64,000 nucleotides of DNA. Source: Styela clava. Taxonomy: Eukaryota. Shown here piece by piece: positions 63,679 through 64,000 of this stretch. The notes beneath the pieces are model-generated. The model was not told where the DNA came from, did no database searches, and worked only from the letters and a program-made list of their open reading frames with translations. Made by a program: the position numbers and the translations under genes. Every line of letters starts with the position of its first letter. The stretch's first letter is position 1. The stretch is taken from assembly GCF_964204865.1 (NCBI RefSeq), contig NC_135253.1:16988001-17052000 (forward strand). Direction: 5' to 3'.

Positions 63679-64000
63679 ATGGTACAAATAGTAATTCGTA
63701 AATCCGATGGAATGGAGGAATGGTTTATGATTGAGTTACAAGGTGAACTTGTATCAAGATACGATAACGGCCTATCAGGCAATGTACTTGGTGATTTACA
63801 TTTCTCAAAAACTGGCGAACCAGTTATGATAATCGGTCATCATATGTTGCAAGGAAAAGTAACAGACTTGGATAAACCATTTGGAGTTATGTTCGAATCA
63901 AAACAAAATAATTGTGAAATTGATGAGGATGAAATTGAAGCAAGCAAATCATATGAGATAAAAGCAATTATTAAAAGGAAAATCATTTTTAAAAATCGTC
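63679..64000 (+). CDS. CHTF8: Chromosome transmission fidelity factor 8 (Ctf18-RFC subunit), truncated by the window edge
   Basis: MVQIVI...[11 protein letters not shown]...LGDLHF...[19 protein letters not shown]...[15 protein letters not shown]. Absent from the ORF track because no stop falls in the window. Confidence 0.92.
   Translation, partial: MVQIVIRKSDGMEEWFMIELQGELVSRYDNGLSGNVLGDLHFSKTGEPVMIIGHHMLQGKVTDLDKPFGVMFESKQNNCEIDEDEIEASKSYEIKAIIKRKIIFKNR

Overview
Eukaryotic, AT-rich, gene-dense DNA with short GT-AG introns and a mosaic CpG pattern. This is most consistent with an invertebrate chordate (ascidian-like) genome, which is inference and not proven. Left to right: (1) 5' coding exons of a minus-strand, transcription-factor-like gene and its long first intron (1-12.8 kb). 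(2) A 13.2-kb nested transposon stack (14277-27518). A hAT element with an 8-bp TSD has its transposase split by three insertions: a P-superfamily-like element that itself holds a Charlie-type MITE, a full-length intact CR1/L2-group LINE, and a 5'-truncated copy of the same LINE. The rejoined empty site resembles a decayed 5S rRNA. (3) A plus-strand cluster of an ARL9/10-like GTPase, two intronless TDP2 paralogs and an 8-exon ETAA1-like gene. (4) A convergent minus-strand pair: an uncharacterised mitochondrial-type membrane protein gene followed almost immediately by SPOUT1, an operon-like arrangement. (5) A ~16-exon gene for a ~1,560-aa THAP + C2H2 zinc-finger protein, with MITE-rich introns. 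(6) CHTF8 running off the right edge. All gene models were spliced and translated by hand; no database search was run.
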